Shown in pieces: positions 1 through 12,208 of a stretch of DNA of 64,000 nt (its first letter is position 1; every line of letters starts with the position of its first letter). The stretch covers positions 121,954,001 through 122,018,000 of the forward strand of contig NC_043001.1 in NCBI RefSeq assembly GCF_006345805.1, written 5' to 3'. The stretch comes from Octopus sinensis. Its lineage: Eukaryota. The position numbers were made by a program, and so were the translations under genes. The notes under the pieces are model-generated. The model did no database searches. It was not told the origin of the DNA and saw only the letters and a list, made by a program, of their open reading frames with translations.

Positions 1-262
<262 letters not shown>

Positions 263-445
263 AAGCTACACTTTGCACAAACATCATAAATAACAGATGA
301 AACAGTGTGTAACAGATCTTTTTTTGCCTTGTGCATGACACATCAGACGCTCTGTTTTTTCAAATTATCTACAAGAACGTTGCTGGCGCAGAAACCCATG
401 AAAACGACGCGTTCAAGCAGTTTTTGAATCATGTTAGACATTAGT

Positions 446-998
<553 letters not shown>

Positions 999-1186
999 TT
1001 AAAACACCACAGTTTTTGCTTTTATATTTCAGAGATGGACCATCCCACTATATACTTCTACCTCATAATATATTTTGGGGGACAAGACGATATGGCCTCA
1101 CTCAAGTCCAGATCAATCTCATGGACTTTGCTATCTGGTCCATCTTGCAGAGAAATGTCTCTGCTCGCTCCTATTCAAATATATGT

Positions 1187-1330
1187 GGAGGCACATGGCC
1201 TAGTGGTTAGAGCAGCGGACTTGCGGTCGAGGGATTGCGGGTTCGAATCTCAGACCGGGCGATGTGTGTGTTTATGAGTGAAAACACCTAATCTCCACGC
1301 GGCTCCGGCAGAATGTAATGGCGAACATTT
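1187..1330 (+). mobile_element. SINE family D, tRNA-like head fragment
   Basis: TGGCCTAGTGGTTAGA (A box) ... GGTTCGAATC (B box), with a body shared with 7259-7568. Confidence 0.8.
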
Positions 1331-1692
1331 GAAATGTAATTGAAATGCAATGAATTGACAATGTGCCAAATTTCATTATCTTACCTTAAGTTTATGTTGA
1401 ATAATTAAAATCAATAGGTAAATATCTCTGGGACACCCTGCCGATACGTGTGTGTGCGTTAGAAGTTTGAAACTTATTCGAGCATTGCAAATGTTGGAAT
1501 ATTCGAATTTCGCGGATTTTCGAGCAGTACTTTTAAATTGAAATTTAAGGAGAAACAAAGAAATGATGTACAGTTACATGTCGAGAGTTCAGCATCCAAA
1601 TAGAATGCCCCGTTTATAAAAACAAGCAGGTTTAAAGAAAAATAGTCAAGACTCGATAAAATTAATAATTTTAAAATAAAAAGGAATAAATT

Positions 1693-2050
1693 CTTTTTTT
1701 TCCTACTCTAGGCTCAAGGCCCGAAATTTTTGAAGAAGAGACCAGTCGATTATATCGATCCCAGTACGAAACTGGTACTTAATTCATTGACCCCGAAAGG
1801 ATGAAAGGCGAAGTCGACCTCGGCGGAATTTGAACTCAGAACGTAAAGACAGACGAAATACCGCTTAGCATTTCGCCCAGCGTACTAACGTTTCTTATTT
1901 CTTTACTGCTCACAAGGGGCTACACACAGAGGGGACAAACAAGGACAGAAAAACGGATTAAGTCGATTACATCGACTCAGTACGTAACTGGTACTTATTT
2001 AATCGACTCCGAAAGGATGAAAGGCAAAGTCGACCTCGGTGGAATTTGAA
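1693..2050 (-). mobile_element. SINE B-B' dimer, 5'-truncated
   Basis: B body and tail (..GTAAAGAAATA) joined to B' from AGAAACGTTAG through the B' tail (..CTAGAGTAG). Confidence 0.85.
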
Positions 2051-2085
2051 TAAAAATATACAAATTTCCATATGCATGTAAAAAT

Positions 2086-2277
2086 TCTTCTTCTTCTTCT
2101 TCTTCTTCTTCTTCTTCTTTTTTTTTCTTTTTCTTCTTCTTTTCTTTTTCTCTTCTTTTTCTTCTTCTTCTTCTTCTTTTTCTTCTTCTTCTTCTTTTCT
2201 TTTTCTTCTTCTTCTTCTTCTTCTTCTTCTTCTTCTTCTTCTTCTTCTTCTTCTTCTTCTTTTTCTTCTTCTTCTTC
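2086..2277. repeat. (TTC)n / TC-rich microsatellite
   Basis: Long TTC run; source of the poly-K/E and poly-S/L ORFs. Confidence 0.97.
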
Positions 2278-2459
2278 GTTAGCGCATCGGACAAAATGCT
2301 TAGCAACATTTCTTCCGGCGCATTATGTTCTGGTCCCATGACACCGAGATTGGCTTTGCCTTTCATCTTTCCGGAGTCGATTAAATAAGTGCCAATTGAG
2401 TACGGGGGAAAAGGGGGAGGGTGTAAACGACTAATCCCATTCCCCAAACTTTATGACCA

Positions 2460-3015
2460 AGATTATTATTATTATTATTATTGATTGAGAGAGCAGCGCA
2501 TACCATCAAGTTGACACTGGGTACAAATATACAAAGCTCAATATACCCATCGTGATGGCCCATCTGATAAGGGTACACCAGGCCCATCCATCACAACCAT
2601 ATGTGTGCGACATGGTGATCTCATATCAAGACAAACAACGCATGACTTTGCAGGTAGGGCCTAGTTGGAATTTTCTTCACGTCGAGTAGCCCATCTCGTT
2701 CCACAAGTCCCTGAATAGGGGTTGTTTAAGGACGATGAACGAAACATTCGTTGTTTCCAAAGGTGAATTATTCAAACCCCAAAGATTTCCTCTCAACACA
2801 TGGCTATGATCTCCCTTGCTACTCCTGCTCGTGATCAGAGATACACATATCGTCAGCAACTCAGGGACATGCTCAGCTGGTTAAGGTCAAACATGCAAGT
2901 AGAATATTTGCTGTTGCTCATCTTTTACACTAAGACAAAACATAAACATGTTAACACCTCCAATCAGTTAAGATCTGAAGCCATAAGATCCACTGCTCAT
3001 ACTGAATTAGTGCAT
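2460..3015 (-). mobile_element. Interspersed repeat (probable retroposon 3' region) with (AAT)n tail
   Basis: Non-coding ~550-bp block ending in (AAT)n on the minus strand. Resembles a recalled abundant octopus repeat; family not established. Confidence 0.55.
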
Positions 3016-3016
3016 T

Positions 3017-3027
3017 TATTATTATTA

Positions 3028-3066
<39 letters not shown>

Positions 3067-3089
3067 TATTATTATTATTATTATTATTT
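3017..3089. repeat. (TTA)n microsatellite, tail or target of the Dong-like element
   Basis: Near-pure TTA repeat abutting the 3' end of the minus-strand element. Confidence 0.95.
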
Positions 3090-3094
3090 TAACT

Positions 3095-4010
3095 CAGGTT
3101 TTGATGGAACTTCTGGAGTCTTCCCATTTCCTTTATATTTATCTCTATACCTTCTCTCAATATTTCCCCCAAGGCCCCAACAATAATCGGCACTATTTTT
3201 TTATCGTCCAGAGTCTGGCTATCTCGTATTTAAGAGGATTGTATACGTCTATTTTTTTCGCCTTCCTTCTTAACTATTTGTGGGTCAAATGGGTTTACAA
3301 CGCCAGTTATGTGATCTACCTTGTCCAGCATCACTAGGTCCGGCTTGCTGTGCTCAAGGACCTAGGCTGTTAGAAGTGGGAAATCCAACAGGATTTTGCA
3401 AGTTTCCGACTCAGCCACTCCTTGTTGTTTGTTTTGTACCACGTTTCGCCTCTCTCTAACCCCCGTTTTTCACACAGATTTCAATGCAGCACTTTTGCTA
3501 TCTTATCGTGTTGACACAAATTATTCTGATTTTGATCAAGTCGAGGCCATCCATTTACAATATGAGCAATAGTTTCGTCAAATCCATTGTAAATTCTGCA
3601 CAATGGAGACACTTGCTCCTTTCTAAGGATGAGCCTCCAATTTGTGGCAAAAGCTTGACCTTGCGCTGCAAGTATAGTGATTTCGCTCTCGTTTTTACGT
3701 GCTCCTTTCTTTAACCAGCCTTGAGTAACTTCAGCTGGGGCCACATGGAACTGATTATGTAATCTCTTGTTTTGTAGTCATGCCCTTCTTCTGCTTCTTG
3801 TTTTGTTCTTTTCTTTTTTTCTGCTTTCAATATGCCCCCATCTCTAATTGTCACTAGCAAGATTTCTTCACTTTGAGTTAGATACCTCAGTACGTTTCTC
3901 TGTTCAACGAGTACGCAGTCTTTCACACTTATCAGTCCGCTTCTTCCATTTGTACTTTTCGTGTATTGACGATCAAATGTTTGCACGCGGATCGAGATGT
4001 TAATACAGAA
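3095..4010 (-). mobile_element. 3' fragment of an R4/Dong-like (RLE-endonuclease) non-LTR retrotransposon
   Basis: Minus-strand motifs: DPRAN(I)DRQY...GRSGLISVKDCV, ESEITILAAQGQA, CRIYNGFDETIAHIVNG..HDKIAKVLH (decayed CCHC finger), KPDLVMLDK (PD..D nuclease, 3320-3346), KYEIARLW, IVPIIVGALG. Ends directly at a (TAA)n run. Confidence 0.85.
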
Positions 4011-4035
4011 GGCATTTACAGGCACCATCATTAAT

Positions 4036-6788
4036 AACAAATGGTGGTACGCCCCAAAAAGAGCCATCAAATATGAGTCTATTAGGTTTAGCATAAGTTT
4101 TGCTAAGAAGGGATGTAGAATAGGAGATGGTTTATTTAAGGAACTAGAAGAAGCCTGGAGAACTGGTAATGCGAACCAAGCGAGGGTGAAAAGACTGGAG
4201 CTAAACCAGCATCTTGAAGCCCAACACATGGGAAGTATTGCCAGATCTAAGTTACGTGCATTGGGAAGTGAAGCAATCACGGCCGCTGGATGGGCCCGAG
4301 TGGTGGAAGCTCAACAAGGAAATAGTTTCACTATTTGGTCTTTGACGTATCAAAATGGTGTCTTGGTAAACGAACCCTAGAAAATGTGTGAGGCCTTTCG
4401 GGAGTACTTCGCCCAGCTGTTCGGGGTTGGCGGCGGTCCTGATGGTGGGAGAGCCCTCGAGGACTTTCTTGCCGAACTGCCGTGTCCCTCGGGGTCTTGC
4501 GAAGGGCAATCACGCCTGTGAAGGTGATGGAGGCTTTGGCCGACTGTAAAGCGGGTAAGTCGCTAGGACTTGCTGGTCTTCTGTACGAGCTGTATAAATG
4601 TATGCCAGACTTGTTCGGACATCTACAGGCTGATGTGTACGCGAACTGACAACAAAATGGGTCTATCCCCAGATCTGTGCGCCGACGAGTAGTGACGTTG
4701 ATCAGAAAGGATCCGAACAAGGGGGACGTTATAGAGCGTTTCAGGCCCATCACTCTGTTAAACGCAGAAGTGAAGATTTTGGTCAAAGTCTTAGCAAAAA
4801 GGTTAGCGCTTGTCGCGAATGGTATAGTCGGGGAGGCACAGACTTGTACCATCCAAGGCAGAACCATTCAGGATACCCTCCACCTTATTCGCTATACCAT
4901 AGAGAGGGTTGGTAATAAATTTGGCAAAGGTGGGGCATTGGTACATTTGGACCAGTCTGAAGCTTTTGATAGGGTCGACCATCGATGCCTGGCAACTGTA
5001 CTTGCGCGATTCGGCCTGGGCCTTGGCTTCCTCAGGTGGTTTATCGCTCTGTACCATAACATTGACTCGATACTTCGGGTGAACGGTTTCGTTCGTCAAG
5101 GATATCCACTCTCACCATTTTTGTATGTGGTGGCTCTCGAGCTCCTACTGCGAAGGTTGAGTGACATCCCGAGAGAACCAGGTATAGAGGAGTTTGTTAC
5201 GGCTTACGCGGATGATATCACTATCAGCGTAACCTCAGTGGCACGCCTACGTAAAGTGGGTAAGACTATTGAGGTTTACGAGATGGTGGCAGGAGCAAAG
5301 ATTAACCGGGAAAGATCGGTCGGCTTGCAGCTCGGCACCTGGGTTGGTAAGTCGATAACTTGAGACAGCGTTGTTGGGCACTGGACGGAAGGACCGGTTA
5401 AGTTAGCGGGAGTTTGGTTCGGACCAGGCCTCCAGGTAGAGAAGAACTGGGTGGAGGTATTGAGCAGGGTGGCTGCAGTAGTCAAGACCTGGTCTTGGCG
5501 GTGGCTATCTCTGAAAGGGAGGGTGGAGGTGGCCAATGTGTTTATCGCATCGGTCATTACCTACCGCCTGACCATCGTGCCCTGTCCGGAATCGTGGGTG
5601 ATCAGAGTGCAGAGACAGCTCTTTCGCTTTTTGAGGAAGGGCAGGTCGCCACTTGTGAAACGCTTTGTTTGCTGTCAAAAGCCTTTAAAGGGAGGTTTAG
5701 GGATGCTTTGGTTAATATTGTGCAGGCATGCGTTGAGGTTGGGGCACCTCAGCATTCTCCTGGATAGTGAACGAGTGTGGTCTCCGCTGGCCAGACATGT
5801 TCCCCGAGTTCAGAAGTTTTTGCAAATAGGAAGTCTGGTGTTCTCGTAGACCGAGGTCGAGTGAATGGCATAAAGAGTGCCGTAAGGCCCTCTTACTATT
5901 CCGGCGCTCGGGCAACGCCAACGGTGGGGGTTCCACACGGATTTTATATAGTGGGTTGGTAGAGTCTGAATGCGACGATGGCCTAGGGGTGATCTAGGTC
6001 TCGTGTTTATTCAACTAGACAGCCTGTTTCACCGTACATTCGGGTTCAGAACTTTGGACAGCTTCCAAAAGTCCTTAGCCTGGCAATGCTACAGAGGTGC
6101 CTTGCCCGTTTGGGATAAGCTCGCAAGACACGGTAAGCGTCAGTCGCCGACCTGTCCAAGATACGGGGGAGACAGAGAAACCGTCCCTCACGCTGTGTCC
6201 GGAGATATCTGAAATGTGGGCTTATGCTGAACACCTGTTGTCCGGCGAAAGAAGATTACAGCTGTCGACTGAGTCAATCATAAAAATTGACCCACCGGGA
6301 GTTTTAACAAACGAAGGTAAGAATTGTTTTCTCACGGTTGTAGCAATAGCGAAAGAGGCAGTATGGAAGACTAGGATAAAAGGGATTAAGACAGGCAACT
6401 TTATCTCCGGCCACAATTTACGATCATTTTTTACTTTTCATTTAAAAAGGAAGGTGTGGCTGGAGAAGAGGTGTCTGTCGGAGAGTATGTTCCAAAAGAG
6501 ATGGAAGCATGTTGCACGAGTGTTGTGCGTGCAAGGAGCCGTGTGAATAGACGGAAAAAAGAGGAAAAGAAAAAGGTACCAGCGATAGATCGGGGCTTGT
6601 GGGGTCAGAGCGTGGCCTGATCATCGCTTCATTTGTACTGTCTCTGTATTGTTAATTTCATTCGATATTTTTTTTAAATTTCATTTAAATTTTAAAGTCA
6701 CATTATATGTAAAACCATATCGCATTACTGATCCCATCAATTGTTCTGTCCATTTCTATGTTTAGCCCCCGGTGGGCAATAAAGAAAT
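4036..6788 (+). mobile_element. 5'-truncated, decayed Tx1/L1-clade non-LTR retrotransposon (ORF2 linker, RT, C-terminal Cys region, 3'UTR)
   Basis: In-order motifs across stops and frameshifts: WWYAPKRAIKYESIRFS, KMCEAFREYFAQLF, KSLGLAGLLYELY, FRPITLLNAEVKILVKVLAKRL, LDQSEAFDRVDH, VRQGYPLSP, YADD, GAKINRERS, SLKGRVEVAN, CPRYGGDRETVPH. ORF2 stops at 6546. No APE endonuclease domain is retained. Confidence 0.92.
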
Positions 6789-6789
6789 T

Positions 6790-6960
6790 GATATTTCCTT
6801 TATCTTTACGTTCTGAATTCAAATTCCACCGAGGTCAACTTTGCCTTTTATCCTTTCGCGGCCGATAAATTAAGTACCAGTTGCGTACTGAGGCCGATCT
6901 AATCGACTGGCCCCCTCCCTCAAAATTTCAGGCCTTATACCTAGAGTAGAAAAGATTATT
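6790..6960 (+). mobile_element. SINE B' lacking its 5' ~45 nt
   Basis: GAATTCAAATTCC B box, GCCTTTTATCCTTTCGCGGCCGATAAATTAAGTACCAG central domain, tail CCTAGAGTAGAAAAGATTATT. Confidence 0.88.
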
Positions 6961-7258
6961 AATTAGGTGAAAGAGGAGAATTACAAAGGGAGTGAATAAA
7001 TGCAGACATTACCTTTTTCTGGGTAAAATTAGAATATAAAATTTAGTCTGGTCAACCGAGATGGGCTGGAAATAGGGGACTAAAGAATATATTCATTAGG
7101 AAATGATGAGAGGGGTCTTTGTTTCAGCGAAGTCCGCAAACATTGGGGCTAAAAAGGAAGAATTGATCGGATATTTACTGCTGTTTTTTTTCCTTTTTTT
7201 TGTTGCATTTTTGTGGGTGAGTAGAGGGCGACGTTATTCATAAACACATACACGCATC

Positions 7259-7568
7259 GTGGCACTCTGTCGGTTACGACGACGAGGGTTCCAGTTGAAC
7301 CGATCAACGGAACAGCCTGCTTGTGAAATTAACGCGCCCTTAACGTAGTTCTCGGGGAGATTCAGCGTGACACAGAGTGTGACAAAGCTGGCTCTTTGAA
7401 ATACAGGTACAACAGAAACAGCAGGGTTCGCCATCACCCCTTGCCGGAATCTCGTGGTGCTTTAGATGTTTTCGCTCAATAAACACTCACAACGCCCGGT
7501 CTGGGAATCGAAACCGTGATCCTATGACAACGAGTCCGCCGCCCTAACCACTGGGCCAGTGCACCTCC
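7259..7568 (-). mobile_element. SINE family D
   Basis: Minus strand TGGCCCAGTGGTTAGG ... GGTTTCGATTCC, with the body GCTGAATCTCCCCGAGAACTACGTTAAGGG shared with 18611-18920 and 63645-63950. Confidence 0.88.
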
Positions 7569-7616
7569 ACGCACACATACGTACATACATATACCTATTA
7601 CGGTATATATACATAT

Positions 7617-8030
7617 AGGTGTAGGAGAGGCTGTGTGGTAAGTAGCTTGCTTACGAACCACATGGTTCCTGGTTCGGTCCCGCTGTGTGGCACCTTGGGC
7701 AAGTGTCTTCCACTATAGCATCGGGCCGACCAAAGCCTTGTGAGTGGATTTGGTAGATGGAAACTGAAAGAAGCCCGTCGTATATATGTATATATATGTG
7801 TGTGTGTGTATGTTTGTGTATCTGCGTTTTCCCCCACTCCCAACATCGCTTGACAACCGATGCTGGTGTGTTTAGATTCCCGTAACTTAGCGGTTCGGCA
7901 TGAAAGACCGATAGAATAAGTTACTAGGCTTACAAAGAATACGTCGTGGGGTTGATTTGCTCGACTAAAGGCGGTGCTCCAGCATGGCCACAGTCACATG
8001 ACTGGAACAAGTAAAAGAGTAAAAGAGAGT
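7617..8030 (+). mobile_element. SINE family A, full length, short internal microsatellite
   Basis: Colinear with 446-998. Confidence 0.92.
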
Positions 8031-8054
8031 ATATATATACTCATTGATTAATTT

Positions 8055-8092
<38 letters not shown>

Positions 8093-8382
8093 TCGAAATA
8101 TTCTGTGATTTTTAGTTGACCGCTTTAAAGATAATTTTCCCCCCGCATGCAAAATGTACACACACACACACATTTTCTTATCAGTTCCTCCTCAATACCC
8201 ATCTCAGAAACTGTTGCCATATTTCACTGTACACCTCATATACCAAGTCCTTTGTTTGCTACCAATTATACCCCTCTCTTATAGTCGCTTCCTTCCCATT
8301 TCCTGTTTCCCCTGCTCTATCATTCGCTGCCCTTTCCTCGCTTTTTCCCTTGTCAATTCTCTCTCTCCCTTTCTGATATATA

Positions 8383-8424
<42 letters not shown>

Positions 8425-8439
8425 GTCTGCATTTATGAG

Positions 8440-8885
8440 TCTCCCCTTCTGACTTAGCCCCTATCTCATTCTCTTACCACATCTCTGTTCTCTCTTAATA
8501 TTTTCTTCATCTCTTCCCCTTTTCGCACTTTCTCTTTCGACTTCTCTTCTCCCTCTACAAATAAACATATTCTCCTCACATCCTTATTTTGTCATCTACT
8601 GTTCGTTATCCGATTTTGTTTCACGTACAAACACTTATCTTTCTCCCTTAATTCTCTCCTTTATTCCCAGGCAAGCTTCCTTCCTTCCCTTTAAAAAAAA
8701 TCCACCCACTTTCTCCCGCTCATCTTTTTTTTTCTTTTTCTTTTTACACTTTCTCTCTTTCTTTCTCACCCTTGTTAGTTCTTTGTTTCTCTTTCTCCTC
8801 TTCCTTCGCCTCCCTTTCCTCCTCCTCCACCTCAATCACTGTTGCTGTGGTGGACCTACATGTCTCTCTCTCTCTCTCTATTCTT
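8440..8885. repeat. Polypyrimidine / (CT)-rich low-complexity tract
   Basis: Near-continuous C/T on the + strand, ending in (CT)n. Confidence 0.75.
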
Positions 8886-8974
8886 GTAGCCTGTACGTAT
8901 CATAGACAGTAGCAGTAATGAAAGTACGGATTGCCCACTGCATCAACCGAACTACTGTTTAGCAGTCGTGGAAA

Positions 8975-9010
8975 AACGATTGGCAATTACCCCCACCCCC
9001 ACCCCCATCC
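8975..9010 (+). promoter_or_regulatory. Possible proximal promoter motifs (reverse CCAAT box plus CACCC/C-rich boxes) upstream of ttyh
   Basis: GATTGG at ~8978 followed by CCCCCACCCCCACCCCC, ~350-380 bp upstream of the ATG in a TE-free stretch. Motif match only. Confidence 0.3.
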
Positions 9011-9358
9011 TGTATCACCACCATCATTATCTAAATTACACGCACTGCCTGTAGTATACATATATATAAATATACATTATGTATGTACGTATGTACATCC
9101 GTATATATTAACTACATATTTACAAGCCCTTCCAGTTTGACGCTCCTTCTCAATATGTAAATACACATGCACACGCACGCGCACACACTCATTCACATAT
9201 GTATTAAGTCCATCAAACCTTCGCCTCATTCACAACATTAAAAGAGAAGAGGTGAAGCGAGGAAATTGTACCGTGTGATCTGCTTACAATATACATCTAG
9301 ACACATGTGTTGCTTTTAAGAGAAAAGCTCAGTGGTTCTTTATTACCAGCACTTAATC

Positions 9359-9490
9359 ATGTTGAATTCGGTAATAGGACAATACGAAAAACTGTGGTTG
9401 GCAGATTTTTTCCACCGATTCCCTCATGTCAACTTTACCTGGCCATGGGCTGATTCTCATTTTAGTTCAGTCAACATTCCTTATTTCCAC
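9359..9490 (+). CDS. ttyh: First coding exon of a Tweety-family (TTYH) membrane protein gene
   Basis: ATG at 9359 opens MLNSVIGQYEKLWLADFFHRFPHVNFTWPWADSHFSSVNIPYFH (44 codons), ending in phase 0 at a perfect CAC|GTAAGT donor (9491). It matches the recalled TTYH N-terminal pattern Y-x3-W-x5-H-R-x-P-H-x4-W-x4-S-x-F-x6-Y (human TTYH3 recalled as YAAPWWVSLLHRLPHFDLSWEATSSQFRPEDTDYQQ). Vertebrate TTYH exon 1 is recalled to end at the equivalent residue. Contains an N-F-T sequon. Confidence 0.85.
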
Positions 9491-10334
9491 GTAAGTATTT
9501 TAATTGTCTTTATTTAAAGATAGTCCACACACTCACATAATATTGTGTGTGTGTGTGTGATTTCTCGCCGCTTCTGACCTTACCATTTGATTTAAATGAG
9601 TGTTATATTTGGTAAACACATGTTATTAATACACACTTTGATGGAACTACACAAAAGAAAGATTTCAATTACAAATATAAACATTTTAATCACACACACA
9701 CACACACATATACACACGCACTACGCGTGTGTTTGTCACTATAATAATTAAAATCTATCGAACATTTTTCTCGTGATTTAAAAGTATTGGGTGTTGGCTC
9801 TGTGAAAGGCTTAAATTTTGACCTTTTCTTCCTCAAAAAAATAACCAATAATAAATGGAAATTAGGCTCATCCCCTTCTCCGCTTCCTTGTTGAGACTAG
9901 ACCCTTTGTTTCTTAGTACTCTAGTCTGAATTCCTTGTTTGTATATATATATATATGTGTATATATACACTCTCTACCGTTCTATATCCACTATGACCGT
10001 TGAAAATTGTCAGTCAGCGTACAAACGATATGTTCATTGGTTTTATCATTGAGGACTGCTACTATCACCAACCAACCTTCTTTTATTGCTCGTGTTTGTT
10101 TTTGTTTCACTATCTTCAGATATTATCTTTTAATAATTCTGTCATTTAGTTATTTGTTTTTACTGAAGCTTTTTTTCCCCGCCACAAATGTTATAAAATA
10201 CAAAATAAAAAGAGATCTTTAACCGTATGCTAACAAGATAAAATAAAATGAACATTCAGCGTACATTTCATACTAATTAACAAAAGAATTCTGATTACCA
10301 CCGAACCATAACTTACGTGTAGGTTTATCTAAAC

Positions 10335-10398
<64 letters not shown>

Positions 10399-10539
10399 TA
10401 CACACATATATGTGTGTACCTACATGGCAATAATAACAAATTTATACATTTATACAATTTGTTATATATACGGTCGTATGCGTTTATATCATCCATATAT
10501 CTGTCATATATTTTCAGTATATACACCTGCCAGATTCGT

Positions 10540-10574
<35 letters not shown>

Positions 10575-11269
10575 CTTCCCATAGGCATTTAAATGTCGCC
10601 CTTATGGCAGTAAACGAAATATTTATTATTGATTTATTTACAATAATATATAAAAATAATCTTCAATATTTTCATTGTGAATTCATTTACAAATCTATCC
10701 CTTTTTTCAGTTATTATTCTTATGAAGCTGATTTCTTGTTTTTCTTGTAATTTGATTTTTCAATAGTTGTATCATTTATTATTAATATTGTTTTTAGTTA
10801 AGAGATCATTTTTATTTCCCGCCGAGATTTATCTTGTCCTCAGTCCTTCCGGAACCAATAAAATAAAACACGAGTCAAGTACGGGGCCCCAATTTGTCTA
10901 TTTAATTACCAGTCCCTTCCACAACCCCACAAATTCGAGGGCTCTGTGCCAGTGTAAGAAATAATTTTATCAACAAACGACCAAAAAAACGTGTAAATGT
11001 TGGTCTGGCTACTACCCATGGCTTGATGGATACTTCTGTACCCCTTGGTGTTACCCAGCTATCTACCCCTTTACCATCATCTCTACTCTTTGACATTCTC
11101 TTTCCTGGAGATTGGAATACTCAGATCTTATGACTCCACAGAGCCTTCAACAAGAGACACAATCTCAAGCTGCTTTTTCTTTTTAAGATAGGAAGAAAAT
11201 ATAGATTCTTCAAAATTCGATAACCATTCGTATTTTCTTCGGTCGTGTGTGTGTGTGCTTACAACCAGG

Positions 11270-11500
11270 TTCGATCTGCTAGTAATAGTAAACAAATTTC
11301 CCTCAAATTACATCATTTTAAAAATAGGACACATTGGATAGTTTTAAGCACACTAAAAAGAAAGACGATGATTATAGGCATACCATCCGTGACCATCCAG
11401 TTTTTAAAGTGTATATTGGTCTGCATTATCCAATGTTTTCTATTTAAGATGGTTCGGATGTAGTTTAAAGGTGATTTAGGTGCTATTTCCAGCAGATGGA
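11270..11500. mobile_element. Two decayed copies, in inverted orientation, of an old repeat (CTGCTAGAAATAGCAGCCAAATCTCCCTC family)
   Basis: Same motif recurs near 13300, 16880, 23370, 29770, 33780, 42960, 44580 and 61430. Confidence 0.6.
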
Positions 11501-11512
11501 ATCTGGTTGTGG

Positions 11513-11830
11513 TATGTATATGTGTATGCATGTATGTGTATATATATATGTGTGTGCGTGTGTTTGCATGCATGCATGTATGTATGTGTGCATGCATGTA
11601 TGTGTATATGCATGCATGTATATATGTGTATGCATGTGTGTGTGTATGTATGTGTGTATGCATGTGTGTGTGTGTGTATGTATGTGTGTATGCATGCATG
11701 TATGTATGTGTGTATGCATGCATGTATGTGTGTGTGTATGCATGCATGTATGTATGTGTATATGCATGTGTGCGTGTATGCATGTATGCGTTTGTGTGTG
11801 TATGCATGTATGTATATGTTTATTTTTACG
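11513..11830. repeat. Compound (TG)/(TATG)/(CATG) microsatellite
   Basis: Direct reading; source of the HT/CV-repeat ORFs. Confidence 0.95.
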
Positions 11831-12208
11831 AGATGTGTATATGTGTATATACTCACATGCCTGTTCAGTTTACATTAGAATATTAAATTGATTTGAAATA
11901 GAAAATAAATAAAAATCAAAATTAAACCAGTGCTGGACGATCTCACCATCACACCAGCAGTTGATCTTTGGTTCAGTGTCACCAAGATGCTGTTCATAAG
12001 ATATTCTACGTTTGTAGTGTGCAGAATTTCAAACAAGAAACCATATTGACCCTAATTGTTAAACTATTGTGTGTGTATATATATATATAATGCCTTTAAC
12101 CTATATAGCATGAATGTACAAATATATATAATTCTAATACAACACATGCATGGAATGTTTCCTAAGAAATACATGAATTCCTTTTATTGTGTTTTTATAT
12201 GTATGTAT

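Noticed and set aside
1187-1260. tRNA gene (also 7500-7568, 18611, 44178, 63645)
   Set aside because: A and B boxes are present, but no complete cloverleaf is evident and each continues into a shared SINE body.
1995-2447. Poly-K/R/E ORF
   Set aside because: Reverse strand of a (TTC)n microsatellite.
4677-5363. Functional reverse transcriptase, retron or group II intron
   Set aside because: Flanking frames contain stops and frameshifts, the endonuclease is missing, and the motifs are those of a Tx1/L1 LINE.
11380-11500. Minus-strand exon FHLLEIAPKSPLNYIRTILNRKHW
   Set aside because: It is the reverse complement of the old CTGCTAGAAATAGC repeat found many times in the window.
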